A stretch of 54,382 bases of DNA from Catajapyx aquilonaris (taxonomy: Eukaryota): the NCBI GenBank assembly GCA_000934665.2, contig JYFJ02003960.1:1-54382 (forward strand), in the 5' to 3' direction. Position 1 is the first letter of the stretch, and every line of letters begins with the position of its first letter. This document shows, piece by piece, positions 23,761 through 38,163 of the stretch. The translations under genes were made by a program, and so were the position numbers. The notes under the pieces are model-generated. The model had not been told where the DNA came from. It was given only the letters and a program-made list of their open reading frames with translations, and did not search any database.

Positions 23761-25027
23761 AGTGAATAATATATTGTTTTCCTAGGAATCCAAATAGCAC
23801 ACTTTGCACTTCAAAAAACGCGTCTTACTGTCACTCCAAATGTCACCAATCAAACTCTCTTTGTTTGATAACCGCAAAATGCCACTAAATGTCTGAGACC
23901 TGTAACGAGCTCTTAATAACGATCTTCTCCTCCATCCTTTCTCAGTGACGATATTTCAGTTACTAATTTCCTGCTAATTAACGGGCTTTGGTACACCCTA
24001 TTCAAGACCATTACGAGCTTCCTCTCCCATTCATGGCGTGGTCCCCTTTCATGTAAATGAACCGCGCGCACCCAGGTCTATCCGCCAGGGATGCTGTCCA
24101 CGTTACGGACGCAGACCACGCTCCCTAATCACTTTTTAAATGGAAATTGATTATGCAGCGGGTAGCGGAAGATATTCGTGCCATTTTAAGGCATTGGATT
24201 TGGGGCTCCTGACCGAGCCTCACAGTCCTGAATGCCAAATCAGGGTCTGGAATTTTACAAGGGAGCACTTTTAATTGCCCCGAATCCGGGAAGTCACACT
24301 GGATATTGTGCTTTTAATTATTTTTGGTCCAGGGAAATAATCAACAGTCCTTCAACGGTTTACTACCGCAATAGAGACCAAGAATATTAATCCGGCTGTA
24401 ATTTTTAAGTATTTTAGTAAGAATAGGTACTTTCGTGTACAGTATAAGGAATACTCACAATCTCATTCAGATATAATCGTTTTAGGGTACATACGTATGT
24501 GTAAGTCCTGAATTTTAGCTGATGATTTATAAAAAATTAATAATGAGGCATTTACTGTAGGCCTATATGACCAGACAGTTCACAGTGATAGTTTTTATTG
24601 AAGGCAACTGCAACTCGAAGGGCAGACATATGCAGTGGGTGTACCACTGTATAATGATTGTATCGTGTGTGGCAGGTGCTGAATCCGTAATCACTTGTGT
24701 TCCGGACCGCTCTCAGGAGGCAATTTGATTGAGGGCCCTCAGTTACAGCTGGGATTCAATCCAGATACTACTCGACTACGTCCGTGCACAATGCGCACAC
24801 AAATATTCTACTTGACGGGTTTCATGTAAATGGGATCACTTATGCATAGTGGAATTAGGGAACTAAATGAATCCGAATCAAAGCCATGCAGAAAATCTCG
24901 CCTCAATTTTTCTTGCACAACCATGTTTAAAATGATCAGGATTGATAGGGACTATTGTTGTATTTATATATTAAAAAGTTGTTATGGAGTGTCAAGTAGA
25001 TCCTCTTACTCGCAGTTCAAAAGGATC

Positions 25028-25798
25028 AGGCACAAAATATATGGGCGAGTGGCCTTCCGTTCGATTTGCCTGAAAATTGGATATGTTGTGGCCCAGACCA
25101 TCCTGATCAATGTTAGATAGGGACATTTCGAGGTAGGACCTACAGGGAGCGTGCTATTGACCTCCGAAGGTCATATGGGATATGCTCTGGTTTTCCGTTC
25201 GATTTGGCTGAAAATTGGATATGTTGCAGCCCAGACCATCCTGATCAATGTTGGATAGGGACATTTCGAGGTAGGACCTACAGGGAGCATGCTAATTGCT
25301 ATTCATCGAAGAGGCTAGAAGACTGCTGTGAGAGAAACCTCGCTTCCTTACATTGACCCAATGAATGTTGAAGTGCAGCTGGAGGAAACTCCAGTTGAAA
25401 ACCTTCAAGGAGTAGAATTTGAACCAGATGAATAGGTAATAAAGATTCATAGATAATTTAATGCAATAGCCATTGAGTTCCTGCGACTTATTATTGTAGT
25501 CTACTACTCCCCCTATTACCTGCGGAGGTCATTAGCATGTTCCCTGTTGGTCCTACCTCGAAATGTCCCTATCCAACATTGATCAGGATGGTCTGGGCTG
25601 CAACATATCCAATTTTCAGCCAAATCGAACGGAAAACCAGAGCATATCCCATATGACCTTCGGAGATCAATAGCACGCTCCCTGTAGGTCCTACCTCGAA
25701 ATGTCCCATCTAACATTGATCAGGATGGTCTGGGCCACAACATATCCAATTTTCAGGCAAATCGAAAGGAAGGCCACTCGCCCATATATTTTGTGCCT
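25028..25798. mobile_element. Foldback element with ~270-bp inverted arms, each holding ~137-bp tandem units
   Basis: 25028-25296 is the near-identical reverse complement of about 25530-25798; the unit ttcgatttg.ctgaaaattggatatgttg..cccagaccatcc occurs twice per arm. Confidence 0.9.
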
Positions 25799-27304
25799 CC
25801 TCCTTTGTCTGACTCCTTGTGAACCATTCCATAGAGAGTGGTAGGTATATTTTTATGTTTATCCATAATTTTTCCGACGGTGTCATTAAGCGTTTCAATT
25901 TCTTATACTGTATACTACCTGTAAGGGGTTGGATTGTTGTTGATGGTCTAGCAATGTTATAAGCCCTGGTAATATTGCACCACACACATCGGGCCTGTCT
26001 ATTTCCGCCTATTTCTATTGCCGCGTCAGATTGGGCATGGTGGGGATGGCTAGGTCGTGTGGTCACAATAAATACTTTCAAAGGCGTTTTTCAAAGAGAA
26101 TCATTATATTTGAGGCTCTTTTCAGGAGCCGAATCCAAAGGGATTGTGAATTCTTTGTTTTCGACAATGCAATCGATGAGTTCCAGTTAAGAGTAACTGC
26201 AACCCCTTTCCCTCGGGCACATATGGTAACTAACTTATCTCACTTCCGGACTGTCCACTTTTTTCATGGCAAGTTTTATTAGTTTAGTTTTCTTGTGAAC
26301 TATAAAAATGCCGACACACGATCTCTTCACAAGCAGAAGGATGAGGAGATGCATATAGTATTATTTTCATTTAACAGAGAACAGAACTGAAGTCAGTCAG
26401 AGTTTCATTGTTGACAGTAACTGTTGCCCATTTTGGGTCAGTACTACTGTCTGTTAATGTAGTAAAAAATTCCACGTGTCACAGCATCACTATTCCACTG
26501 ACCAGGCAGCTGCGATTGTGTCAGACTATTTCATTTCTCTGAAATATTTTACGCCATTCGTAGACAAGTGAATGCAAGATACAGCTGATCCTTATTGTAG
26601 TACAGTGCATGCATTTGTAGATACATTTCTATGGATTTGTATGGTACTTGTATAAGCCCATAACCGAAAAACAGCTCTCTTCTCTTCCTCGGTGCACACC
26701 AGAACACAGATAATGTATGACTAACATTCTACCTATCTGCAAGCTTTCTGAAAAGATGAGTAGGCGACTTCTGACTAACTTCTGGCTGTACCATTGAGTG
26801 ACATGTGAGTCCGCAAGTACGTGTATCTCTTTCAAACACCATCCCAAACATCCGGTAAATAATCTAATTATTTTATTTCTTTCGTTTTCATTTCATCCAC
26901 CCTCGTAATAAGTCGGTTGACTACAGTTGCCTGAGTCGTATGCATCTCACAACCATCTTGATTCTCTCTTTCATGCGGTCTCATGATCACATACTCAGCA
27001 CCGTTTTCCCGGTAGTCGTGTATTATTCCACTATGAGGATAGTCCGGCCCATTTGAAAAACGCATAAGATGACTAGGTACATCAGTTGAGTACGGTTTTG
27101 TAGGTTTATGTGCATATTTTCAGAGTTTATTTGAAACTGGAACCGTTATGTTATATTGAAGTTCATGTGGGTACGAACATTTTTACATTGACCCGACACA
27201 ACTCCATTTGAATAACTCTGTGGGACTCAGCGTGTTTAGACTCTTCCGATTCAACGCCCGAAACAGAGACGCGCGAATCAAATGTTTGCGCCTCTTATGT
27301 AGTA

Positions 27305-27463
27305 CAGTGTTGGTCATAAATCGAGGCAATCCAGCGACATTTTCCGAAGCGGCAGAAGAAAGAATCTTCCTCGCCCGGCTAGTTAGTATGCTTATCTTCG
27401 ATTCCTTCTTCTGCCGCTTCGGAAAATGTCGCTGGCAGTTGCCTCGATTTATGACCAACACTG
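27305..27463. mobile_element. Tc1/mariner-type hairpin MITE
   Basis: TA|CAGTGTTGGTCATAAATCGAGGCAA...TTGCCTCGATTTATGACCAACACTG|TA, about 60-bp TIRs. Confidence 0.9.
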
Positions 27464-27465
27464 TA

Positions 27466-28060
27466 CAGTAAAACTTCTATAACTCGAATCTCCATGAGAC
27501 CGGGAAAAAACTTCGAGTTACAGAAGATTCGAGTTAGAGAAGTTTGGATTTTTTAAAGCACAGAACTCTATATAAGGAATACTACCATTATATCCAGCGT
27601 CGAAAGGCGTTCAAAACTTAAAATAACTGTCACTATCACACTTACAATGTTTTTCGTTGTTTTGTTGTAAAGAAATCTCCGTTATGGACATTTGCCTACT
27701 CTTAGATTCAAGGATTCAATTGTCACAATCGAGTCAAACACTTTTTTCGGTGCGTCTGGAGACAGAGATCAGGAAATTGAGCCTTTCTGTACATGTGGCC
27801 TAGTCTGTACCCTTCGACTGGGAAATGAGAAAATTTTCCGTCCTCGCTAACATGAACTTGGACTTAGGGAGACTGAAAATGGATTGATATCCCATCGTAA
27901 GGCCCTGCCTGCACTTCGAGTTATGGAGAACTTCGAGTTATAGAAATTCGAGTTAGGGAAGTTTATTTCCTATCCATTACATTGTGACCAACCAAGCTCG
28001 TCATTTTCTTCGACCTATAGAGAACTTCGACTTAGGGAAGGTCGACTTATAGAAGTTTTA
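27466..28060. mobile_element. pogo/Tigger-like non-autonomous element
   Basis: TA|CAGTAAAACTTCTATAACTCGA ... TCGACTTATAGAAGTTTTA; repeated subterminal TTCGAGTTA motifs. Confidence 0.8.
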
Positions 28061-28787
28061 TATTTGCATTTCTTGTCACGTCTATGATGGAAGCACATTA
28101 TTTTCTCCGGTATTTTAAAGTACACGTGGATGCGGCCAAATGAGAGCAGCCACACTCAACGAACAACCGAGTTCATTCTGTTTGTTGAGGTGAGTGTAAA
28201 TATTCACATAGTTTGTTTGGTAATGCGGAACTTTTTAGTTTTTTTTGCTGAGTGCGTGTGGGTGCAATCAGCTTCCCGCACAGACACACACACCCCGAGC
28301 CAGCATAATTCATGACGTTCGAAACCAATATTACTTACTGTTTGTTCACGTTTCTTTAGGAATGATTGACAACTCTCATGCTGGTCTATGCTCACAATCA
28401 GTGTTGATAAAACATCGTGCCACGGATACTGATGCGACGAAAAGTGCAAAAATTGTAACGAGAGTGACGTTTCACTTCGAGCACTAATAACAACAACCAA
28501 TCGAGCTAAGATATGCTTCGTAGAGTGGACATAGTGACATTTGTTTCAGATCAATTCTCCATCAGGCCTGTATTATAAAATTATTAGCAAGTCTAGGTAT
28601 TTTCCATTTATCGAGTTATTTTTAGATTGGTTCATGATGATATTACAACGTAATTTGACAGATATGGTGTATACAGTGTAGTCTGCCCATTATAAAGTGA
28701 TGGGACTGAAAAAATGTCTCTAAAATGTCCGGCCAGTAAGAGTAACGCAATTCTTTTTAAATACCCCGTGATAGGGCTTTGGGCCCT

Positions 28788-29026
28788 TTTAGGGGGGAAC
28801 GGGAAGTTCCCAAGGGAGGGCGCTCTTAATTTGTTTCTGGTCATTTCTGACTCTCTTGAATACCAGACCTTTTCTCTTGGCCTGGGGCAGAGAAGGGAGT
28901 GCAATTCTGCCCAGACATGTCGGATGAAAAGCGGTAAAAGACCCGACCAAGCGAAGGTACGAGGACGAGATTTGAACCCCGGACCTCCCGATTGGCTGGC
29001 CAGTAGCATAGCCACTACACCACCTG
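28788..29026 (-). mobile_element. tRNA-derived SINE, family A copy 2
   Basis: Homologous to 5286-5531; A box GGTGTAGTGG and B box GGTTCAAATCTC on the minus strand. Confidence 0.8.
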
Positions 29027-31013
29027 ACCAGTAACGCAATTAAATGATGAGATGCGATAGTGGAACCGACATTTTAAATACATTTTTCAGTGAGCTGAGG
29101 CATTCTGATGAAATAATTATTCTTGACTCGGCCACTAATTATAATACAAGTATTTCCCAAATGCATACCTACACCTGTTAAATTAGTGTCGGCAGAAAAA
29201 ATATGTCAATAATATCCGAGTTCCTGCTCAGTCCCAAGCCTGTTACCATACAATCGCAATGATAGAATTCATTTTTATTTAGTGAAGTCAAATGAATTAC
29301 ACCCCACTATTTTGCATCGATTTTTTATATTTCTTCCGTAGGGGACGTCAAAATACTGACAAAACTTTTCCCTGTGAATTTTGCTAATTTTAAATAACCG
29401 TGCGGATATTATGTATACTCGTAGAAAGTGATGTAATCAGCAATTCTGAGAAGTGGAAAATGATTTACGTTTGATGTGATGCTGTCAGGAGCAATTGCAT
29501 ATGGCCATTCAAATCCTGCTCCAGAGTTGGTCTGGGGCAAATTGTCCCATAGTGTATACAGCGAGCAAATATACTGACTGCTAGCAATGCCGGTGGGAAT
29601 TACTTCCCAAGTACAAAGTGTCCTCATTCCCACTCATTGAAATCAACAACACCTGCTCCCTAATCGCATGCCTGTGATCACACGCAGACCACGACTCTCT
29701 CGATTCTATTTACTACTACTTACTTACAACCCACCTATATATGTATGTTCACTTGCCAGCTTAGGGAATCATGCGTCTCCGACAAACCTTATGCCACCCC
29801 CAGTTAAATGAGATTCCACAATTATAAATTATAGCCAATATATTTTAAACTCTAAACAGCCACAAACGGTCAGTCTATTCTTGAAAAATTCATAAGCTGT
29901 CGTTACTTTTTTAAATATCGTGTAAGTTAAACGCCTGTGACAAAGTTTCTCCTTTGCTTAGTTTTCTGCTTACCATCACGCATGCTAAACACATTTTTTC
30001 ACGGCTCTTTATACAGTCCGATGTTTACATACAAAGTTACAATATGGTTCCGAGTATATGTAGCGTTTACTACATGAGACTCTCTCACTTAATTAAATCT
30101 CATACACGCCACTGCACGGACACGTATCGAAGTTCTGAAAAATTAACAGTCCGCTGGAGTACCCAAAGGGCCAAAGTACTTGAAGCGTTTTGTCCACACA
30201 TCAGGCTGATTTAATTTGGCCCCTCTTGCAAAGAGGAACGCCACATAATTTTCAAATGTGCGTGTGAAAGGAGAGCGCTGTGGAGTTTGGAAACAAAATG
30301 GCCAACTTTATGAATGAGGTCGACCATATATACCTTGTGCCTCGCACGTAAAGCACTGTTTAAAAACGGGATGTGAAAGACCCTCTCTCGTCTTTCCCTC
30401 TGGCTAGTCCTTGCACGGTACAGCAGCCGTACAGTACTTGCTGGTACTAAAGGCTTTCAAAAGTAAGTACCTGGAAACTAGATTAATGCGTATTAATGTT
30501 CCCTTTCGAAACCCTAGCAAGTTAGTCGCTTACGAGGGTTGGTATCAAAGGGGCCTCTAGTTTATAAACTGCTACTTAACGAAATATATTGACCAAAGGA
30601 CATAGATGCTGTGCACGATGCTGTGTTTTCATTCGCCTAGTGTGCACACCGGCTTTCTTCCGCTAATGCTGTACATGAGGCATTACACGTCAACTGGAGC
30701 CTGGCTTCTGATCATAAACACTCCTTTTTATATACAAAACGTGAATAGGCGTATGGTAATTTTCTATTCGTAAACTCGTAAAAGTTGGCAGTTTGGCTGG
30801 GGTGCCCATTGGATAGATAGCGCGATCATTGCTTTCTTGCAGGCAGTGCTGAGATACATTGAGCTTGTGTTGTAGCAGGTTTCATGAACCACGACTTAAT
30901 TTCATGCATATTGAAACTGCTATTTCCGGCCAACTGTAGCCTACCTCAATACTTTTTTTCTTCAAAATAATTATTACTAATGCATTTCTCTCATAATGAC
31001 GTATTTTAATATA

Positions 31014-31463
31014 CAGGGTGAAGGGAAACTCGCGCCCAATCGCCAGGTAGTCTTATAGTACTCGTAAAACTAATATAGGGATGTGCAATTAGTTGTTGGC
31101 TCCGTTGCGTAGTTACTATATTACGTACGGCGCCGTCAAAGTTTCGTGACGTCACATCCATTCCTTCAACTTCTAAGAAACAAAAGTTAGCTCGAGGGCC
31201 TCCGATCCCTTGGCTTGGTCCCCTAACACATCGTGCATGTGCAATAGGTGATCCAATCCCGTCAAAGTAAGAATCCGGGTACGACACCCATGCACTTTGT
31301 AGTTTTTGCCTCATATTCCACCATCCGGCTCTCTACACTTTATGAGCGCCTTACGCATTAACTGCGCTATGACGCCCAAAACTAATTATTGCACATCCCT
31401 ATATTAGTTTTGCGAGTACTATCAGTCTACCTGGCGATTAAACGCGAGTTTCCCTTCACCCTG
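31014..31463. mobile_element. Tc1/mariner-type MITE
   Basis: TA|CAGGGTGAAGGGAAACTCGCG ... CGCGAGTTTCCCTTCACCCTG|TA, about 80-bp TIRs. Confidence 0.9.
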
Positions 31464-33333
31464 TATTCATTCAGGTCAATGAACTGAATAGACACAAAAT
31501 GTAGTTAATTCAAAACATATACGAAAAATTAGCTAATGTGTACATGGTGATGCCACACACCATTTTCTCGCCCATATATTCCCCTTGCATGCCGGCTTGC
31601 ATTTTAGGCATAGGCCTACTATGGTTGATCCATATGAGTCGGTCAGGCGGAAAATACTCAGCATTCAATTCATCCACAGTAAAAACGGTTAATTAATTTC
31701 TAGATACCTTCACTGACAAGAGCATAATCGTGCGCAGTACGTATGATAAGCTTCGAATTCAGTAAGTGAGATTATCGGGAATTATCAGGATGTGCAATGC
31801 ACGTGCCCAGAATAATGCATCAGATGTAGACTAACATTACGGTAGTGTCAATGCGTTATTCAGAACACTTACCTATAGGCTTTAACTGAGGCTTATACTT
31901 TAGAAACGTGTTTGCGAAGAGATTTGCAATGAAATGCACTCAGCACGACACCTGAATGATTCATACTTTAGTACTAGGTGATCATACTGCGGTGGTCCAG
32001 TGGTCCTATATTATTTAGTAGGCCTACTGCGCCTTGAACGTGACTTACGAAGCCTAAAGCAGTATTGAAACAGCATGCTATACTCGGTGTATAAAAGGGG
32101 TAATTTTGAATACGTTCACAGAATGACCATTCAGCTTATTCTTAGGAAAACGTTATCGTGTCATGGTGGTACTTCTTATTCCTTATCTTGTGTGCTTTTC
32201 TGCTCCGCGGATCGTTGGACCCACTACACATTTCAAAAATGCAGTTACCTCAATTGGCAAGCAAATTGCACAAAGACTCATGTACAAATAATTACACGTC
32301 AGCATGTATCAAAAAAAGCTCGCCGACTACTTTTGACTGTAAGGATAATTATAATTGAAGGGCTCTCTGCAATAACAAGGTATGAAGACTTCGGACTTTT
32401 TCCTGAGTTTTAAAGCGAAAAGCCTATAAACCAGGTAATTCCACATTGTCCACATTGCAGAGAGCCTTTCAATTATTGTGTTTTGTACCTGTTTATCACC
32501 CTGTTGTTTCGGCTTGATATGCAACCGATATTTCTACGACAAAAAGAAGTATGCATGCGAATAGTGCAAGTGATTATAATACAACTTTGTAATCTGAGAG
32601 AATAAGACGGGATTTGAGAGTGATTCAAGTTTCTCTTTTGCATGCAGCTTCAATCACATGCTCACGCCTGCTAAAACCAGATAAGGGAATCCCGGCTCGA
32701 CTGTAATTTGAACACTCCTTTACCTACGTCAAATTAGAAAGGTGGAGTTAGAATTGAGCAACCAAGGGAATACTCACTTCAAATAGGGTTTCTGTTGGGG
32801 AGCGTGCTTCGTTACACTCTTAAACTAGTCACGTGTATTTATATGTTAAAAAGGGCAAAAATTTCATGACGTAAGGAGTAAACATTATCATGTCACATAC
32901 ACTCTCTGTCACTTTTGTCACATACTGTAAAGACTTGGGATGGGTTTTTTGGTCCTCCTGCTCACACAGACACCTACACACGGGCAACCACACACACAGT
33001 TGCACTAATATGTACGAAGTCATTTTTGTTCTTCATTGACATGTGTTTAATATGTGCATACCATATTATGTGGCAATGTGGTATCACAGGTAACACATCA
33101 ACCATGGAAAAATTTATATATGCACAGCATAACCCTCATATTTATAAAAAAATATAATGTCACGTTTCATATAGATTGAAAATATTTTTGGCCCTAGCAT
33201 ACAGTATAATAATTATGTAGCCTACTCTATTAGGATGCTAACATATTGGACTATGCAGTGGCATTGTCTTTATTGTTCACATCACATTCTTTGCTGCTGA
33301 TGAAAAATCCAAAAAACCTTGAGCTAGTATGTA

Positions 33334-33845
33334 CTATCGTATCGGGTTCAAATACTTTTGGCCACTAATCTTTATCCTGGTCTTGAAGCAACCCTTCACA
33401 CACACACGCACACACACTCTTGTCTTGACTAAGGCGTGGGGACGGACATTGATCACTTTTCACTGCGAGTGTAAACTGATCTAATCTAACCTAACCTAAC
33501 CTAACCTAACCTACCCTACCTAACCTACCCTACCCTAAGTAACCTAGGCTGAGAAAAATGGACTTTTGTGAAACCCTACAAATGAAAATAGTGGGGACAT
33601 GTCCCCACTAATTTACACATGTCCCCACTGTAATGGTACACTTCGCGTGTGTGAGACTGTGGGGACCGACAAATGTCCCCACAATTGGAACTGGTCCCCA
33701 CAGCTACAGTAAAACCACAGACTTCCGTCCCCAGACCTTAGTCAAGACCTGATCACACCCACCCACACACACACCTCCTTAACGTGGGGTCTGTGCGAAG
33801 GGTTGCTTCAAGGATAAAGTGGCCAAAAGTATTTGAACCCGATAG
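33334..33845. mobile_element. Second (inverted) copy of the composite MITE, carrying nested element A only
   Basis: Reverse complement of 6179-6660 plus the outer TIR; (CCTAA)n at about 33485-33540; element B is absent. Confidence 0.9.
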
Positions 33846-36676
33846 TACGCAGCACAACCATAACATTTTTCTAAAAATAGAACATTGAATGTTTTCTTCA
33901 GTTTTTTATTGAAGCTGATTGAAGTATTGAACAGAAAACCTGCATATTATACTAGGAAAAAGTCAGTGTGTTGCTTACTTCTGAGCCTAATAATAATCTA
34001 GCCATAATTTTAGAGGGAAAAAATAATTTGAAAGTGTCGGTTTAATGTAATTAACCCAAATTCCACTCCTTACCATTAGTAATATATTACAATAGTGGCT
34101 ACTCACATTCTCACAAAGGGAAAGACGCTTGAGAATGCCAGAACAGTTCACATTTTGGGTTAATTTTGTGGCTGGCCATAAGGAATAAGATATAACCAAG
34201 TCGCATAACTTCTTTGCCTGTTAGAACTGTGATCTCAAAATAAAAAATTGGGACACCATATTGTCACGTGTAAAACTATATTAGCGTGACCAGTAGACGT
34301 GACCAGGTTAAGAGTGTACGGACCATTCCCTCCTCCCGCCCCCTAAAAAACTGGCGGCGGGTTCGAACAGCTCTCCAGTTGTTGTGGTCGCAGGCACGTA
34401 ATGAAACGTGTTACGAAGATAATTAGAAACAGGCTGAAGTTACGTGAATTAGTCTGTAATCATGGTTTGCTCGGTTTTATTGCATAGAATAAAACTGTTT
34501 AATTTTTGCTCCGGATACTTAAGGGTTGTTGACTGTTCTGCTTGACAGTGAACATGAGAATTGGATATTTAAAAATCAGTACATGGTCAGTGTGAGATTT
34601 GACCTGCCCAGGTCATTCCTCCAGACCCCATGGGTCGTGACCGTGGGCCAATAATTTACGGGTTGCCAACAACCGGTTCATTAGAATCAGCCTCTACCAA
34701 GGCTGCTTCACGACTACTTTACAACTTGGAAACTTCCCTCCAATCCACGCCACCTAACGGCAAAACTGCCAACTCGCAACTAACCCCATCTTGGATGTGG
34801 GTGATGTGGGGAACAAGGTATGAAGTCTCCTGGATGGCAGAACTTCGCAAAGTACCAGCTACACATGAAACTGACACAGGTCCAGATCGCATCGAGAGAC
34901 ATGATCAACTTGCGTTCACGTTCACGGTTACGCGAGACAGAAGCTATAGTACTGAAGAACTTGCACTGAAAAGAATACCTAGTGCGAAGTTGTACTTGAA
35001 CACTGTTTGACCGAGTCTGTTGGAATTGATTTGCGTAATTTATGGATCGGAGATTGAGCGACAGATGCCCATTAATTTGAGGCTTCGTCATATTAAGCAA
35101 AGGATGCACTAGAAGCGAGCTTGTGAAAGCTGATGAAAATTAGGGTTGGCCGATATCGGAGCCGGCATGTCCTGCAGAGTTAATTCGAATGCATGGCTCT
35201 GTACAAAATTTGACTAATCTCATCGTTAAATTCCTGTTGCAAGCCGTCTGCTCCGATTCGATAGAGTGAGATAACAGAGTATGAAAACTCGCAGCCAGGA
35301 GCGATAAGCAATATGAAATCGAACATGGCGGATCCGGATGGATGGGGGCCACGTTCCAATGGCTTACCCACCCGCATACCAGCAGCGCTTCATTGCAATT
35401 ACATTAGGCAATATTATCCCAGAAAGCCATTGTTTTTATATTTGTAGCTTCAAACCATTCAACAGCATGAAACGTAAATATTTAAAGGGGTGTGAAAATT
35501 ATTTTCACAAATTTGTTTTGATCTGTGAAAAATGTAAAATTACTTTATCCACGGAGCATGAATTATTTCAAACTGCATGTTTTCACATTATCTCGAAAGT
35601 ACGTATAAAAAGTGAAGATGTTTCTACCCCTTCATTGAGTCCGAAATACGAGCGTCATATTGTGAAGAGTCCAGTACAACTTTTTTGCAACGTCACAATA
35701 TCTAAAACTACTGTTCTGGTGTCAATTTTAATTGTAAATTGTGGAAATAGTTACTGATTATATACCCTACGACTGCTACTCAATGATACTTTTTTCACTT
35801 CGTTTTCAGTGTGACTGACTTTCATGTTTTGGGCAGATTCAGGCCGGAAGCCAATGAGCGCAAGCCCAACACTGATACTCTAGAGACCTATCCTATTCCC
35901 GGCTACACAACCAAGGCTAGTCAGCGGATTGAGTCTGGTTCAATAGGCCACCATGCTATACATTTCTACATTTTCTTAGCTGATGGATTTTGGATTATGT
36001 TATTCGCACTGTAGGTAAAGAATTTTTTCTAGAGATAGGGTTGCAGGGAGCAAACTCTCATTGGGTTAGGATATGTGAAAGTGCTTGAAGGGCGTATTAT
36101 CACCTTCGGAGACAGTACTAGAGCATGAAGAATATTTTGTAAATTTGACTAAAGGTAGTTGCTTGGGCACTTAATATTGGGCACAACTTTGGGTATGTTA
36201 TATTATGACTCATGTCTTGGATCAAGCAGTGGCTGAATGTCCTGAATGTATAATTAGAGAGTTGTAAATCCCTAATAAGGGCTACATTTTTGGGTTTTAT
36301 TTAGTTATGTTTTAGACTTGTGTGTTTCTGAATGTGGCGTGTTCAATGTGTTTTCGCAACTGTCAACATAATTATACTAACATATATCGTATAGGTAGTA
36401 GGCTAAATCCTTCCGCTTTCCTTAAAATTTTTCAGAATTTGTACTGTAACTTGCTTGGTGTTAATGTTGTTTTTAAAGTTGTTCCGGAATAGGTACTTGT
36501 CATTCGTAGAAGAGCCCCTAAAAAGGTTGTTTTCCCACACTGATTCTTTCATTCCTCTTTCTACCTCTCTCAATAATCCCAGAAGTTGCATTGAGCTCTT
36601 AAATGATAAAATGTGTACAAAACCATTAAGCTGGTTTTCAAATTATATGCCCTCTATAAAGGATGTCTTCATCTAC

Positions 36677-36817
36677 AGTGCGGAAAACGAAATGACGACC
36701 TGACGTCATCAAGGTTTCCATGGAAATACCCTCACAGAACAATATGAGTAAACAGTAGCAACAAAAAGCAACAGTGTAAGAAACGATGACGTCGGATAGT
36801 CGTTTGGTTTTCCGCAC
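36677..36817. repeat. Degenerate inverted repeat (MITE core)
   Basis: agtgcggaaaacgaaatgacgacctgacgtcatc versus gatgacgtcggatagtcgtttggttttccgcact. Confidence 0.55.
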
Positions 36818-37184
36818 TTTATGATTACTTTTTTGACAAACAAAACATTTTAAGCTTCCTCGACGCGAAATCCTAGAAACTTTAATTCGAAGTGATTTAG
36901 CTTGACAATGCATTTTTATAAGGTTAAGTTGCCCTCTCACGAGAGAAATTTTTGGACATTTACAATTATTTCAACAGAATAATTATGCGTTGTTCGTCGG
37001 AGATACTGTAGTATGCAAAGTGATTCATTGAAGTTGACACCCCCAACAATGGGGCAAGTTAGAACGTGATAGATTACGTGGTGGAGGTGTTAACTTAAAC
37101 AGTTTACCACCCTGTTTACAGCATATAATATATTGTGAAAGATTTTCTTCATGTATGTTACTGCTCTTAGAGGAATGCCAGTGG

Positions 37185-37507
37185 TATAATGAATAGGGAT
37201 GTTGGAGCGGCTACAATCCTTATTTCCCAGAGCTAACATTCCTCAGGGAAGGCTTGAAAGAGTAATGGCCCTAATCTGGCTCTAAAGGCAGCTTGTGGCT
37301 GCCTCTACTTCCCTGCCTTTTAGAGGGGGGCTAGAAAGGGGGGGGGGGAGGTCCCGCAGTTAAACAATCGGCTTATAAGCTATTGAATGGCTTTTAGAAA
37401 TGTGTCCTGAAGGCGGTGCTGCTTCATTGTTGCGCCTCAGAAGACGGAAGTCGGATGGTTTCTGCTCGGATTGGTACTAACAGACTTCGCACCCAAACAA
37501 TGACAGA
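37185..37507. repeat. Young dispersed ~330-bp repeat, copy 2
   Basis: Matches 21518-21860. Confidence 0.75.
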
Positions 37508-38105
37508 AGCATGGAGATACAGACCCTGCCATTCAGCCATTCCCTCCGAGACTCCCGGTTGAAATTAGGGTTAGCAAACTAATTCTATTGTACTTTCAGA
37601 AATGCGTCAGACCTCTGGGGAGTTACTTTTATTCTATTGGTATTCCTAGATAAATGAATATTTATAAAAATGAAAAAATCTCATCACATCAAGGAATTTG
37701 CAACACCAGCAAACAAAATACTATTCTACAGAACATAAGCATAATTGGCATCAAAATACGCCAGCTTTTTTCCAATGTTATTCGGTATTAGCAGTAGACA
37801 ATGCATGATGGAACTGGTGCTTCTGCTTGAATTCTGTCTTTTGATTGGGTTGCCACAAGCAAGGGGTAAAGTCTTCTGCTGTCAAAAATGTTTAGCTGGA
37901 ATGGTATATAAGTTGACATTTGGTGAATTCCATGCAAGTTTCATTTCAGTCCCCTAGGAAATAAAGATGGATTCCACTTGACTGATAGAGGCCACAGAAG
38001 TGGAGCTTCATTCTCCAGAGATCAATCAAACCTGCAGCTAATTCGTTTGCCTGGCTCTCCAAAAGCCACAGTGGATGCGGCCGAGAAAAGAGGCCAAGAA
38101 AAAGG

Positions 38106-38163
38106 GGAAGGAAGGAAGGAAGGAAGGAGGGAAGGAAGGAAGGAGGGAAGGAAGGAAGGAAGG
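38106..38163. repeat. (GGAA)n microsatellite
   Basis: Directly visible; another lies at about 41050-41078. Confidence 0.9.
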
